A stretch of 64,000 bases of DNA from an uncultured Chromatiaceae bacterium (GCA_964395315.1 CAYNBI010000003.1:11782-75781); one strand, 5' to 3'. Shown: positions 49,710 to 59,636, numbered from the stretch's first letter. The notes: generated by a model not told the origin, from the letters alone. Translations and numbers: made by a program.

Positions 49710-50366
49710 TCACGAACCCGCCGATGCCCTTTCAGCCCACAGGAACTGCAAGACCTTGCGCACGTAACGCTGGGTCTCTGGATAGGGGGGGATGCGATTG
49801 CCGTACTTCATGACCGCATTCTCCCCAGCGTTGTAGGCCGCGAGCGCCAGGCGGAGATCCTGCTCGAACAGGTCGAGCAAATGCCGCAAGTAGGTGGCAC
49901 CTCCCCTCATATTCTGTTCCGGATCCCAGATGTCCTGCACATTGAACCGCTTGGCGGTTGCCGGCATCAGCTGCATAAGTCCGATGGCGCCCGCCGAGGA
50001 AACAGCAGAAGGATTGTAGGCGGATTCCGTCCGCACCACAGCGTGCAGCAGTTCCGGATTCAATCCGTGTCGGCGCGCGGTGCGTTCGATCAGCTGCGCA
50101 TAGTCGGCACGTCTCGCAGAGGATTTGCGTGGCGACGGCGCCGCCCGCCGCCGTCCGATCGCGACGATCTTCTTGCTGTTCTCTGAGATGAGCTTCTTAC
50201 TCGTCCGCTTCCATTCGAGCCGATACTGCTTTCCCTGTAGCGGCGCATCGGTGAAATAGATCATGCCTTGGCTATCGACGTACTTATACACGTCGGCGCC
50301 CCCGGGGGATGCACCCAGCATCAAAAGCACGAGAAATCCAAACCTTGCGCCAGTCATCGCTCGCAT
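49710..50366 (-). CDS. Lytic transglycosylase (SLT domain) with N-terminal DUF4124-like module
   Basis: The SLT catalytic Glu and motifs are present in [29 protein letters not shown] and AYNAGENAV. There is a signal peptide, then [15 protein letters not shown]. Confidence 0.88.
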   Translation of the reverse strand: MRAMTGARFGFLVLLMLGASPGGADVYKYVDSQGMIYFTDAPLQGKQYRLEWKRTSKKLISENSKKIVAIGRRRAAPSPRKSSARRADYAQLIERTARRHGLNPELLHAVVRTESAYNPSAVSSAGAIGLMQLMPATAKRFNVQDIWDPEQNMRGGATYLRHLLDLFEQDLRLALAAYNAGENAVMKYGNRIPPYPETQRYVRKVLQFLWAERASAGS

Positions 50367-50656
50367 GAGGGCAGACTTTCTCTCCGGGCTGGAGCCGCCA
50401 CATCTGCTCGTATTTGGCGTTGAATCATACCCCCCGCTCAGGGAATTACCAAACTGTCAAGCCGACCTCAATCAACAAAAATCAAAATAAGGCGCGCGAG
50501 CGTGTCATCATGGCACATCCCGCACCATTCATGCGTCTGGCGAGCGATGCGCAACCCCGCCGGGATCGGGAGACGAGAGGCCCGGATACTATACAAAAGC
50601 CCGCGAGACGCAGAGCCTCGTGCGCGCCCGGAATACACCTATCCACGCCATCGCGC

Positions 50657-51265
50657 TCACGCGCCCCACACTTGGCGCAGCCTCTCCCGATTCATGGCCA
50701 ACCACTGGACCCCGATAATGGTCAATGCAGTATCGATTCCACCAGTGAATAATTTCTGAATCGCGGACGCAACATCGACAACGACCACGCGCGTGTCTTC
50801 GCCCTCGGCATCCACACCGAATGTACCCCCCGCTGCTGAGGCGTTGACGCAGCCACAGAATAGTCTTACCCGTTCAACGGAGGTGCCGGGACTGACGTAG
50901 TAACTGCCAATCGCTTCCAAGTGTTGGATTTCGCACCCCGCTTCCTCCATCGCCTCGCGCCGAGCGACTGACACCGGGTCCTCGCCATCCCTGATCACGC
51001 CCCCTACGGGCTCCAAGGTCCACGCACCGTGGCCGGCCTCCAGGGCGCCGATACGAAACTGTTCCACCAGCACCAACTCGTCGCGCCCAGGGTCATACAG
51101 CAACGCCGCCACTGCATTCAGGCCCTCTATTCGTTCGCGGACAAGAACGCGGCTACAACCGCCGGCGAAGAGACTGTGCCTAATACGAAAACGAACGACT
51201 TTCAAAAAGCCTTCGAAACAGGCCGTATTCGCAATCACGTCAACTGCATATTTCATCTGACTCAT
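50657..51265 (-). CDS. nudF: NUDIX hydrolase, ADP-ribose pyrophosphatase type
   Basis: The Nudix box is GGVIRDGEDPVSVARREAMEEAG. Confidence 0.8.
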   Translation of the reverse strand: MSQMKYAVDVIANTACFEGFLKVVRFRIRHSLFAGGCSRVLVRERIEGLNAVAALLYDPGRDELVLVEQFRIGALEAGHGAWTLEPVGGVIRDGEDPVSVARREAMEEAGCEIQHLEAIGSYYVSPGTSVERVRLFCGCVNASAAGGTFGVDAEGEDTRVVVVDVASAIQKLFTGGIDTALTIIGVQWLAMNRERLRQVWGA

Positions 51266-51422
51266 TCAGACAGCTAAAGGGTGGAATTCCGCATTCGCTT
51301 ACTCAAACGCACGCTTGAATCAATTGCTCGAATTTCCGCGTCCTTGGACGATTTGGTGTTGCAATTTCGGGCCAACACAATATAATGCGTCCATCTGCAA
51401 CACAGGCCACCATGAGGTAACT

Positions 51423-51950
51423 ATGAACCGGCGACACTTCCTCGGACTCGCCCTCTCAGCAGTAGTACCTCCCGCCTTCGCAAAAAAACAAAATAGCCAG
51501 CCTCGCATTCTCTCTCTCCGCCATCTTCACACCGACGAGAAACTCAGGATCGCCTATCGCGTCGGAGACCGCTATCAACGCGATGCGCTGCAGAAGCTCA
51601 GTCATTTTCTCCGCGATTTCCGCTCTGGGGAATCAACTGTCATCGACCCGAAGTTATTCGACATCCTCTATGACGTGAAGGAGAGAATGGGCCACCCCGA
51701 CGGTGTATATGAGGTCTTCAGCGCGTTCCGTTCACCGGGGACCAACGCCATGCTGAGGAAGACCTCTCGCGGTGTTGCCAAAGGCAGCCTGCATGTGTCC
51801 GGTCGTGCAGTGGACATTCGTCTCGAGGGAGCTTCCTTGCGAAAGGTCCGTGACTCCGCCGTGGCCTTGCACCGCGGTGGCGTCGGCTACTACCCAAAGT
51901 CGAGCTTCGTCCACCTCGACACCGGCAGTGTCAGACGGTGGGGCGCTTGA
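51423..51950 (+). CDS. DUF882/YcbK-type peptidase M15A (Tat-exported)
   Basis: The Tat motif is NRRHFLG, followed by SAFRSP.TN...SLHVSGRAVDI...FVHLDTG. ATG at 51423. Confidence 0.82.
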   Translation: MNRRHFLGLALSAVVPPAFAKKQNSQPRILSLRHLHTDEKLRIAYRVGDRYQRDALQKLSHFLRDFRSGESTVIDPKLFDILYDVKERMGHPDGVYEVFSAFRSPGTNAMLRKTSRGVAKGSLHVSGRAVDIRLEGASLRKVRDSAVALHRGGVGYYPKSSFVHLDTGSVRRWGA

Positions 51951-52102
51951 TCCAGACCGCCTGAGAGATTTTTGGCTAGATAACACTTCCCGCGAGGTGC
52001 GTGCCTCGGACAACCCGGATCCAGTCGCGTGAAACTGCCAGATTTGTTCAAGTATTTCCTAGAAAATATCAATATCTATTTGTTTTCAAAATAAATCTTA
52101 TA

Positions 52103-52624
52103 TCAAGATCTAACGGACATCGATTCCGTCGTATTCGCCTCCACCGACCCGATCTCCGCCTCCGGATGATGCCGGAGGATGGTGTTGCGCACCTCGCCCA
52201 AGCGCTGGCGCGGCACATCCACCATCAGCAGCAGTTTGCCCTCCGAGAAGGCACGCTGAAACGCGTCGAGCTGGTGGTTGTGCTCCTGACTGCCAAGCAA
52301 AGAAGTGATCAGGGCTCCGAATCCCGCCCCTGCAGCCGTTCCGGCGAGCAAGGCGCCACCACCGATCACGATGCCCGCGGGAGGGAAAGCCACGGCCAGC
52401 AATCCGCCCAACAACCCCGCGACCCCCCCAAGCCCGATACCCCAATCGATGCCATGCGCCAACTCGGTGCGCTGCCAAACGCTGGCCTCAGGCAAGTCCT
52501 TCAGCTCATGACTCAATCCCGCTATGACGTGCAGATGGCTGGCCGGAATCCCCGCCGCCTCGAGCTCCGCCACGACCGCTCGGCAACTCTCCTCGGTTGG
52601 CAGCAATGCATGGACTCTCTTCAC
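52103..52624 (-). CDS. Hypothetical membrane protein with Gly-zipper TM region
   Basis: The GTG start is preceded by acGGAGGtgggga. The central segment is GIDWGIGLGGVAGLLGGLLAVAF...GGGALLAGTAAGAGFGALI. Confidence 0.6.
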   Translation of the reverse strand: MKRVHALLPTEESCRAVVAELEAAGIPASHLHVIAGLSHELKDLPEASVWQRTELAHGIDWGIGLGGVAGLLGGLLAVAFPPAGIVIGGGALLAGTAAGAGFGALITSLLGSQEHNHQLDAFQRAFSEGKLLLMVDVPRQRLGEVRNTILRHHPEAEIGSVEANTTESMSVRS

Positions 52625-52734
52625 TCCCCACCTCCGTATCTGCTGGATTCGATTTGAGAAGCCCCTTTTCCGTGTAGACGCCGGGTTGGCCAGGTTCCCC
52701 GATGTTGCCGCATTCTCCTCTCTCCGGCACTACC

Positions 52735-54621
52735 TCAACTCACCGTAGCGTGGCCGAGCGTAAGAATATCCGGGTGCCCACTGCAGTTCAGCTCCAAGGC
52801 GATGGGAGTGTCCTGCGGGAATCGTTGCGCGACGATCCAAATCTGTACGATGTTGCCGCTCAACTCGGGAAGCAGCCTGAGCGCACTGCGCATCCTGGAC
52901 CCGTCGAAAAATGCGAACGGTTCGTCTAAGAAGGCAAACTGCCTATCCTTGACGAAGCGTGCCGCCAGTTCCTCGGCCAGAGCAAAGCGCAACGCCAACA
53001 GCGTCTGGCGCTGCATCCCGCTGGAAACCTCGTCGGAGCCGAGAAAGCCGCGCTTGTCCTCCGAGTAGACGCGCACCTGCAGGTCCTCGTCCACCTCGAG
53101 GTGCCCGTAGCGCCCCTCGGTCAATCTCGGCAAAGTCCTGCGGATACTGGCGTGCAACTGCCGGTTGAAGTGATCAGAAGCGCGCTCGGCCGCCCCCTCC
53201 AGCAGCTTGCAGGCAAGCCGGCGTGTATCGAGGCCCTGTAACAAAACCTCCTGTCTTTTCTGAAGAGTCCCTTTTTCGTGATTATTTTTACTAATTTTTT
53301 CTTTATCTTTGTTCGCTCGATCGAGCGTGTCTTCCAGAATCCGATGCTGTCCCCCGAGCTCCTCCAGCAGCCGACCGAGCCATGCACTCTCGTGCTGCGT
53401 GGCCGCACGCACCTCCGGCGGAGATGCCTCCAGCGCCAGGATCCGCCGGGCCTGGCGAGCGCGCCGCTCCGCGTCCGGTTTGTCCACCGGCGTAACCCCC
53501 TGCAACGGCATCTCCCCCGGGACGAGCAAATCGTCGGCCTTCGCATCCACCCTTCCGCCGCCGACGGTACCAGGCTCGTCGATACCGAGCAGCACCTCGG
53601 CCAGGCGGCGTCCCCGCGCCCGCCGCTCACGGTCCTGCAGTCCGAGCGCGAGGCTCCCGATCAGAACTGGGACAAGCAGGATCCCGAGCACGACAGCCCC
53701 GTAGGCCGCCACCGTTTCCGCGGGCAGACCCCGGGTAGCCACGAATCCCTCCAAAGATTCCCGTAGCGCTGAAACCGGCCATAGCCGCGGATGAAACCGC
53801 AGCAGAAGCCAGATTCCTGTGACCCCGAGGACGGCGAGCAGCAGGAGACTCTGGGTCAGTCTGACCGCGCCACGCCGGAACCCGTGCATTCGGGTCCGGC
53901 GACTGGCCTCGCAGTAAGCCTCGGTCGCGGCATTGAGCTGTTCGATGCGTTGCCCGACCGCCTGCTCCCGTTCGGTGGTCTCGGCAAGCGACGCCTTGAG
54001 GATCGTCGGATCGGCGGAATCAGCCTCGAGAAGACGAAGCCCTTTCTCGATCTCGGCGAGGCGTGTCTCGATCTCCCGTAGCGATTGCTCGTCCCGCTCC
54101 ACCTCCTGGTGCAGATCCCTGGCGCAGCGCTCGAGGAGCGAGATCCCCGCCAGCCGTGTCACCGTCGGGCTGTGCGGATGGGGCGCGGCGATCTCGCGCT
54201 GGGCCAGATAGAAGGTCTCGACGTATTCGTCAAAGCCAAAGCCAAGGAGCCGCCGTAACCGTTCATTGACCGCTTCCGGTCCGCGGGCCAGCGGCGGGTC
54301 GGGCTGATCACTGGAGCTGAGGCGCGCCAACTCACCGCCGTCGCGAGCTAGCTGTCGCTGGACCTCGTACTCAATCCCGCCCGCCGCGAAGCGCATGGTG
54401 ACGGCGCCGCGTGGGGCACCCCAGCGCAGCAGCTTGCGCAACCGGCTTGGCTCCAGGGCGTAAGTGCGCCCGAACAACGCGAAGCAGATGATCTCGCCGA
54501 TCGCGCTTTTTCCGGTCTCGTTTTCCCCGCTGACCGCGATGATGCCACGCTCCGGGAGATCGGTCAGACGCAGCGTCCGGTACTTGAGAATATTCTCCGC
54601 CGCCAGAGTGCGAATGATCAT
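52735..54621 (-). CDS. Rad50/SbcC-like ABC ATPase with a transmembrane helical hairpin inserted in the coiled-coil region (628 aa)
   Basis: Walker A is SGENETGKS, the Q-loop YLAQRE, the signature SSGMQ and Walker B FAFLDEPF. Two hydrophobic helices, LLLLAVLGVTGIWLLL and YGAVVLGILLVPVLIGSLALGL, lie at aa ~258-328. The ATG at 54621 overlaps the upstream stop as ATGA. Confidence 0.8.
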   Translation of the reverse strand: MIIRTLAAENILKYRTLRLTDLPERGIIAVSGENETGKSAIGEIICFALFGRTYALEPSRLRKLLRWGAPRGAVTMRFAAGGIEYEVQRQLARDGGELARLSSSDQPDPPLARGPEAVNERLRRLLGFGFDEYVETFYLAQREIAAPHPHSPTVTRLAGISLLERCARDLHQEVERDEQSLREIETRLAEIEKGLRLLEADSADPTILKASLAETTEREQAVGQRIEQLNAATEAYCEASRRTRMHGFRRGAVRLTQSLLLLAVLGVTGIWLLLRFHPRLWPVSALRESLEGFVATRGLPAETVAAYGAVVLGILLVPVLIGSLALGLQDRERRARGRRLAEVLLGIDEPGTVGGGRVDAKADDLLVPGEMPLQGVTPVDKPDAERRARQARRILALEASPPEVRAATQHESAWLGRLLEELGGQHRILEDTLDRANKDKEKISKNNHEKGTLQKRQEVLLQGLDTRRLACKLLEGAAERASDHFNRQLHASIRRTLPRLTEGRYGHLEVDEDLQVRVYSEDKRGFLGSDEVSSGMQRQTLLALRFALAEELAARFVKDRQFAFLDEPFAFFDGSRMRSALRLLPELSGNIVQIWIVAQRFPQDTPIALELNCSGHPDILTLGHATVS

Positions 54622-54821
54622 TGCCCTTCGCCTCGCTCCAATGCCCGGAGCCGTTCCAACGCGAGCTCCATGGCAGCGCGGAACCGTTGCTCGTCGAAGG
54701 CAGCGCCGGAGTCCCTCGCCCGTTCGAGCTCCTCGCGACAATAGATTTCGAACGCGCGTGAGGGGCGGTCCCTGTCCTCTTCACTCGGCTTTCGACCAAA
54801 GGGGAGCCTGATCAACGACAC
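54618..54821 (-). CDS. Hypothetical small helical protein (about 55-67 aa), translationally coupled to the ATPase
   Basis: In-frame GTG at 54821, or TTG two codons later. The C-terminus is FEIYCREELERARDSGAAFDEQRFRAAMELALERLRALERGEGQ. GC3 is about 73%, and the stop overlaps the ATPase ATG. The start is uncertain. Confidence 0.45.
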   Translation of the reverse strand: MSLIRLPFGRKPSEEDRDRPSRAFEIYCREELERARDSGAAFDEQRFRAAMELALERLRALERGEGQ

Positions 54822-54915
54822 ACCTGCTCGCGCACGGACTGACCCACTACCCCTTCCGGCATTGCCCTGATTCTCAGAACGGCCGCCAGGCCTCCCCCAA
54901 CCTTTTCGAAGGCCG

Positions 54916-56742
54916 TCATTCCGACGCCCGGAAGTAGCAGGTGAGCTCGGGAACATCGATCTCCCGCGCCGCCAATCCCACGCTGGCGTTGAGCGGCGGA
55001 TCGCCACGCAGGCGGACCCTCGCCTCCAGCGCGCGCTGCGGGATCAGAACCACCGACTTGCGCTCCTCCTTCGCGACCAGGACCCCCTCTCCGCGCCACC
55101 GTTCCTGGCCACGCAACCAAACCAGCTTCCAGTGCTGGTTCGACAGGCGCTCGGCGCGCCGTACCGCGGCCGCGGCAGCCTCCGCCTCACCGACGCGCCG
55201 CGCCACCTCCTCGGTGTCGAGTGGCGCCGAGCCGGCCAGATGCGCCCGGATCTGCTGATGCACCAGGAGATCGGAGTAACGGCGAAGCGGGCTGGTCGCG
55301 CGCGTATAGATCGGGAGGCCCAGGCCGAAGTGGGGTGCGGGCTCACTCACGAGGCGCGAAGGCTTGAAGCGGCGGCGGTACGCGTACATCGCGGCCATGT
55401 CCTCGGGCTGCTCGACCTTGTCTGGCGGCGGTTGCGTGACGTACGGGATGGCGATGCATTTGTCCTGACAGAATCGGGCCGCCGTCTCCCCGGCCATGAG
55501 CATGGCATCGGTCACCAGGTTCCGGCTGCGCAGGCGTGGCAGCGGCCGAATGACCACCTGACCCTCGTTGACCCGCACGCTGACCTCGGGCAGCTCGATG
55601 TTCGCCGCGTCCTGGGCATGACGGCGGGCACGAAAACGCTGGACCGTCGAATCGAGGGACGCGAAAGGCTCCTCTCCCATGCGCCCATCTACCTCCTCGT
55701 AGCTCAACCGCTGCACCCGCACCCAGGTTCGACGGATTTCGATGTCGGACAGCTCGCCGGATTCCGAGCATCGAAAGCCGAACGACAGCGCCGGGGAGAT
55801 CTCCCGCAGGCCCAGCCCCAGCCGCAGGGTGACCTCCTCGGGCAGCATGTTGACGGTGCGCTCCGGCATGTACTGATTGGCGCCGCGGGAACGCGCCTCG
55901 CGGTCCAGCTCGCTGTCCGGCGTCACCAGGGCCGCGACGTCTGCCACGTGCACCCAGAGCCTGTCACCATCCAGACTGAGCGCATCGTCGGGATCCCGAT
56001 TGCCCTCATCGTCAATGGCATAGGCCAAGAGATGGCTCAAATCCAGACGATCCTCCTCGGGCAGATCGGGCACGTACAGATCGGGATCCGATTCCGGAAG
56101 TCCATTGCGCGCCGGGTGAGGGTTGTGATCCGGCGACCAATGGCCCACCTCGATCAGCGCGCGGTGCGCGTTCTGGGGCGTCTCCTGGTGGCCGAGCGCC
56201 TGCAGGATCCGGCTTCGCTCGGATCGTCCGAGCGCCAGGCGCTCCACCTCGACCAGGCGCTCCGCGTCTTTCGGTGCCGGGCTCGACCGCGCCATGCGCT
56301 CGAGGAACTCCTGCCACGCGCGCTCCGATTCCGCCTTGGCCTGTCGCTGCGCCCGGTCCGACTCCACCTGCTCGCGGGTTCGGACCTGTATCGCTGCCGG
56401 GGTACCCGAAAAGTAGAGCCCTTCCGCCACGACCTTCCAGACCGACCATGCCGCCGCAGGCGAGAACTCGTCGTAAGCGAGCTCGGCCAGCTCCTTGAGG
56501 CTCGTCTCCCCGCCCTCGAGCAGCTCCCAGGCGGCGACCAGCTCGCCCTCCATCGGGGCCAGCTCGCCCAGGCTCTTGATCGGACCCGGGTGCAGCAGCT
56601 CGATGTCCTTGGGACGGACCCGCTTGACCTGGCCGCCGTCGAGACCAATCTCGATCTTCTCGCCCAGAGACAACACCCGCGCGGGATGAGTCTTGTAGAG
56701 CACCAGGCTGTCCACCCGGACATTGGATTGATGAATACTCAA
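54916..56742 (-). CDS. RNB-domain (RNase II/R family) exoribonuclease
   Basis: The RNB motifs are AIDDEGNRDPDDALS...HVADV, ATSPLRRYSDLLVHQQ and the rest of the RNB set. The only full-length start is a TTG at 56742. Confidence 0.85.
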   Translation of the reverse strand: MSIHQSNVRVDSLVLYKTHPARVLSLGEKIEIGLDGGQVKRVRPKDIELLHPGPIKSLGELAPMEGELVAAWELLEGGETSLKELAELAYDEFSPAAAWSVWKVVAEGLYFSGTPAAIQVRTREQVESDRAQRQAKAESERAWQEFLERMARSSPAPKDAERLVEVERLALGRSERSRILQALGHQETPQNAHRALIEVGHWSPDHNPHPARNGLPESDPDLYVPDLPEEDRLDLSHLLAYAIDDEGNRDPDDALSLDGDRLWVHVADVAALVTPDSELDREARSRGANQYMPERTVNMLPEEVTLRLGLGLREISPALSFGFRCSESGELSDIEIRRTWVRVQRLSYEEVDGRMGEEPFASLDSTVQRFRARRHAQDAANIELPEVSVRVNEGQVVIRPLPRLRSRNLVTDAMLMAGETAARFCQDKCIAIPYVTQPPPDKVEQPEDMAAMYAYRRRFKPSRLVSEPAPHFGLGLPIYTRATSPLRRYSDLLVHQQIRAHLAGSAPLDTEEVARRVGEAEAAAAAVRRAERLSNQHWKLVWLRGQERWRGEGVLVAKEERKSVVLIPQRALEARVRLRGDPPLNASVGLAAREIDVPELTCYFRASE

Positions 56743-56867
56743 GGCCTCAATAACTCTCCGTCGGGGCGGACCGGCGATGGACGCCGCGCCTCCCGATCAC
56801 TCTCGCGGTCCCGAAAGAGGTTGCGGTTTGGGTATGATAGCCGGACCCTTGTCGCCGGCCGTAGCCG

Positions 56868-57941
56868 ATGAACGCGCCGCCCCCAATCGACCTGCGGGAG
56901 AGCCCCATCAACATGAACCCTCAGTGGAAAACCTTCCTGGAATCCCAATCGGCCAAAATCGACGATCAGGGCAATGCGACCTTCCCCGGGGCCCCCGACA
57001 GCGCCGAATGCGCCCTTTGCGACCTCAGCCGGCTGGCCCTGATCGCCGTCACAGGAACCGACGCAGAGCACTTCCTCCAGGGACAGCTCACCAACGACGT
57101 GCGCGAGCTGAGCGCGACCCACACCCAGCTCAGCTCCGCTTGCAGCCCCAAGGGCCGCATACTCACCGCCTTCCGCGTGCTGCGCCTGCACGATACCATC
57201 TATCTCCAGCTCCCGCGCGCCAAGCTCGAGGCGACCTTGCAGCGCCTGCGCATGTTCGTGCTCCGCGCCCAGGTGAGGCTGGAGGTAGCTGATGACCTGG
57301 TCGCGCTCGGCCTCGCCGGCTCCTGCGCCGATGCACTACTGGCAGCTGATTTCGATGCCCTCCCCGCGCTTGAGAACGACGCCGCGCGCCGCGGCGCGTT
57401 GGCGGCGATCCGAATGCCCGGAGCGACGCCGCGTTTCCAGGTCGTTGGCCCAACCAAGACGGTCGCTGACCTGTGGCACCGACTCGCGCCAAAGGCGACG
57501 GTGGTAGATCCCGACTACTGGCGATTGCTCGACATACGCGCCGGAATCCCAAGCGTCTATCCGGAGACCACGGACGCCTTTGTCCCCCAGATGCTCAACC
57601 TGCAGCTCATCGACGGGGTCAGCTTCACCAAGGGCTGCTATACCGGCCAGGAGGTCGTCGCCCGGATGCAGTACCTCGGCAAGCTGAAACGCCGCATGTA
57701 CCGCGCCGAGGTGGCAACGGACATCGCCCCGAGGCCTGGGGACGAGCTGCATTCCGCGACCAGCAGCTCGGAGCAGGCCGCGGGCCGGATCGTCGATGTT
57801 TGCCCCACCGGCGGTGGCCGCTACGAGCTGCTCGCGGTAGTGGAGATCGCCGCCGCCGAAGCGGATGATGTGCGCCTCGGCGCGGACGGGCCGCGGCTCA
57901 CCCTCGCGGAGCCCCCTTACGGTTTCGACGCGCGAAAGTGA
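56868..57941 (+). CDS. ygfZ: Folate-binding Fe-S cluster repair / tRNA-modification protein YgfZ
   Basis: GTDAEHFLQGQLTNDV and KGCYTGQEVVARMQYLGKLKRR. The start is either 56868 or the ATG at 56913. Confidence 0.88.
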   Translation: MNAPPPIDLRESPINMNPQWKTFLESQSAKIDDQGNATFPGAPDSAECALCDLSRLALIAVTGTDAEHFLQGQLTNDVRELSATHTQLSSACSPKGRILTAFRVLRLHDTIYLQLPRAKLEATLQRLRMFVLRAQVRLEVADDLVALGLAGSCADALLAADFDALPALENDAARRGALAAIRMPGATPRFQVVGPTKTVADLWHRLAPKATVVDPDYWRLLDIRAGIPSVYPETTDAFVPQMLNLQLIDGVSFTKGCYTGQEVVARMQYLGKLKRRMYRAEVATDIAPRPGDELHSATSSSEQAAGRIVDVCPTGGGRYELLAVVEIAAAEADDVRLGADGPRLTLAEPPYGFDARK

Positions 57942-58117
57942 CTGCCCCGACCGTACCACCGTCGTCCGCCATCCGCCGCGTCTTCGGGCGGCGCCGATTG
58001 CGGTCCCTCCAAATCCAGATCCGCGCCATCACGGATGGCTGGCCGGGCTTTTCCGATGCCGAGTTGATGGTGGCTTAACCCGACCGGACATCACTGCGGA
58101 CCCGCGTTCGGCCTGCT

Positions 58118-59620
58118 TCACTCCTCCGGGCGCATGTGCGGGAACAGCAGCACGTCCCGGATCGAGGCGGAATCGGTGAACAACATCACCAGCCGGTCGA
58201 TGCCGATGCCTTCCCCCGCGGTCGGTGGCATGCCGTGCTCGAGGGCGCGGATGTAGTCGGCATCGAAGTGCATGGCCTCCTCGTCCCCCGCCTCCTTCTC
58301 CGCGACCTGCTTGCGGAAGCGCTCGGCCTGATCCTCGGCATCGTTGAGCTCCGAGAAGCCGTTGGCGATCTCCCGTCCGCCGACGATCAGCTCGAAGCGG
58401 TCGGTCACGGAGGGATCGCTGTCACTGCGCCTGGCTAGCGGCGAGACCTCCGTGGGGTACCCGGTGATGAAGGTCGGGTCCATCAGCTGGTGCTCCACGG
58501 TTTTCTCGAAGATCTCGATCTGCACCTTGCCCAAGCCCCAGCTGTCCTTCAACGGGATGCCGAGACGCTGGGCCGCCTCCCGCGCCGTGGCAAGATTGTC
58601 GACATCCGAGGGCGCGAGACCCGGGTTGAAGCGCAGAATGGCCTCGCGCACCGTCATGCGCGCGAAGGGCTTGCCGAAGTCGTAGGCGTCGCCCTGATAC
58701 GGGACCTCGGTGCTGCCGAGCACCTCCCGCGCCATGCTGCGAAGCATGTCCTCGGTGAGATCCATCAGGTCCTCGTAGTCCGCATAGGCCTGGTAGAACT
58801 CCAGCATGGTGAATTCGGGATTGTGACGGGTCGAGAGCCCCTCGTTGCGGAAGTTGCGATTGATCTCGTAGACCCGCTCGAAGCCGCCGACCACCAGCCG
58901 CTTGAGGTAGAGCTCGGGGGCGATGCGCAGAAAGAGCTGCATGTCCAGCGCGTGATGATGCGTGATGAAGGGCCTGGCCGCCGCCCCGCCGGGGATCACT
59001 TGCATCATGGGGGTCTCGACCTCCAGGTAGCCCCGCGCGTCGAGGTACTGCCGCATGTACTGCACGATCCGGGTGCGGGTGCGGAAGGTCTCCCGAGCGC
59101 ACTCGTTCATGATCAGGTCCAGGTAGCGCTGGCGATAGCGGCTCTCCTGGTCGGTGAGGCCATGGAACTTCTCGGGCAGGGGGCGCAGGGACTTGGTGAG
59201 CAGGCGCAGGCTCTCGACCTTGACAGAGAGTTCTCCGGTCCTGGTCTTGAACAGGGTGCCCGCCGCGCCGACGATGTCGCCGATGTCGAGCCCTTGCTTG
59301 AACCAGGCGTACGCCTCAGCGCCGAGTTGGTCGCGCTGCACGAACAGCTGGATGCGTCCGGACATGTCCTGGATATGGGCGAAGCTCGCCTTGCCCATGA
59401 CGCGCCTGCTCATGAGCCTGCCGGCGAGCTTGACCCGCAACGCCGCCGATTCCAGCTCCGCCGCGTCCTTCTCCCCGTACTCGGCGTGCAGCTCGCCCGC
59501 CACCAGGTTGCGGCGGAAGTCGTTGGGGAAGGCGTTGCCCTGCTCCCGCAGCGCCTTGAGCTTCTCGCGCCGCTGAGCGATGAGCTTGTTCTCGTCGAGT
59601 TGCTGGTCCTGGTTGGTCAT
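58118..59620 (-). CDS. lysS: Lysine--tRNA ligase (class II)
   Basis: [13 protein letters not shown] and GIGIDRLVM are the class II motifs. It shows prfB-lysS synteny. Confidence 0.95.
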   Translation of the reverse strand: MTNQDQQLDENKLIAQRREKLKALREQGNAFPNDFRRNLVAGELHAEYGEKDAAELESAALRVKLAGRLMSRRVMGKASFAHIQDMSGRIQLFVQRDQLGAEAYAWFKQGLDIGDIVGAAGTLFKTRTGELSVKVESLRLLTKSLRPLPEKFHGLTDQESRYRQRYLDLIMNECARETFRTRTRIVQYMRQYLDARGYLEVETPMMQVIPGGAAARPFITHHHALDMQLFLRIAPELYLKRLVVGGFERVYEINRNFRNEGLSTRHNPEFTMLEFYQAYADYEDLMDLTEDMLRSMAREVLGSTEVPYQGDAYDFGKPFARMTVREAILRFNPGLAPSDVDNLATAREAAQRLGIPLKDSWGLGKVQIEIFEKTVEHQLMDPTFITGYPTEVSPLARRSDSDPSVTDRFELIVGGREIANGFSELNDAEDQAERFRKQVAEKEAGDEEAMHFDADYIRALEHGMPPTAGEGIGIDRLVMLFTDSASIRDVLLFPHMRPEE

Positions 59621-59636
59621 GAAGCTGCCATCCGCG

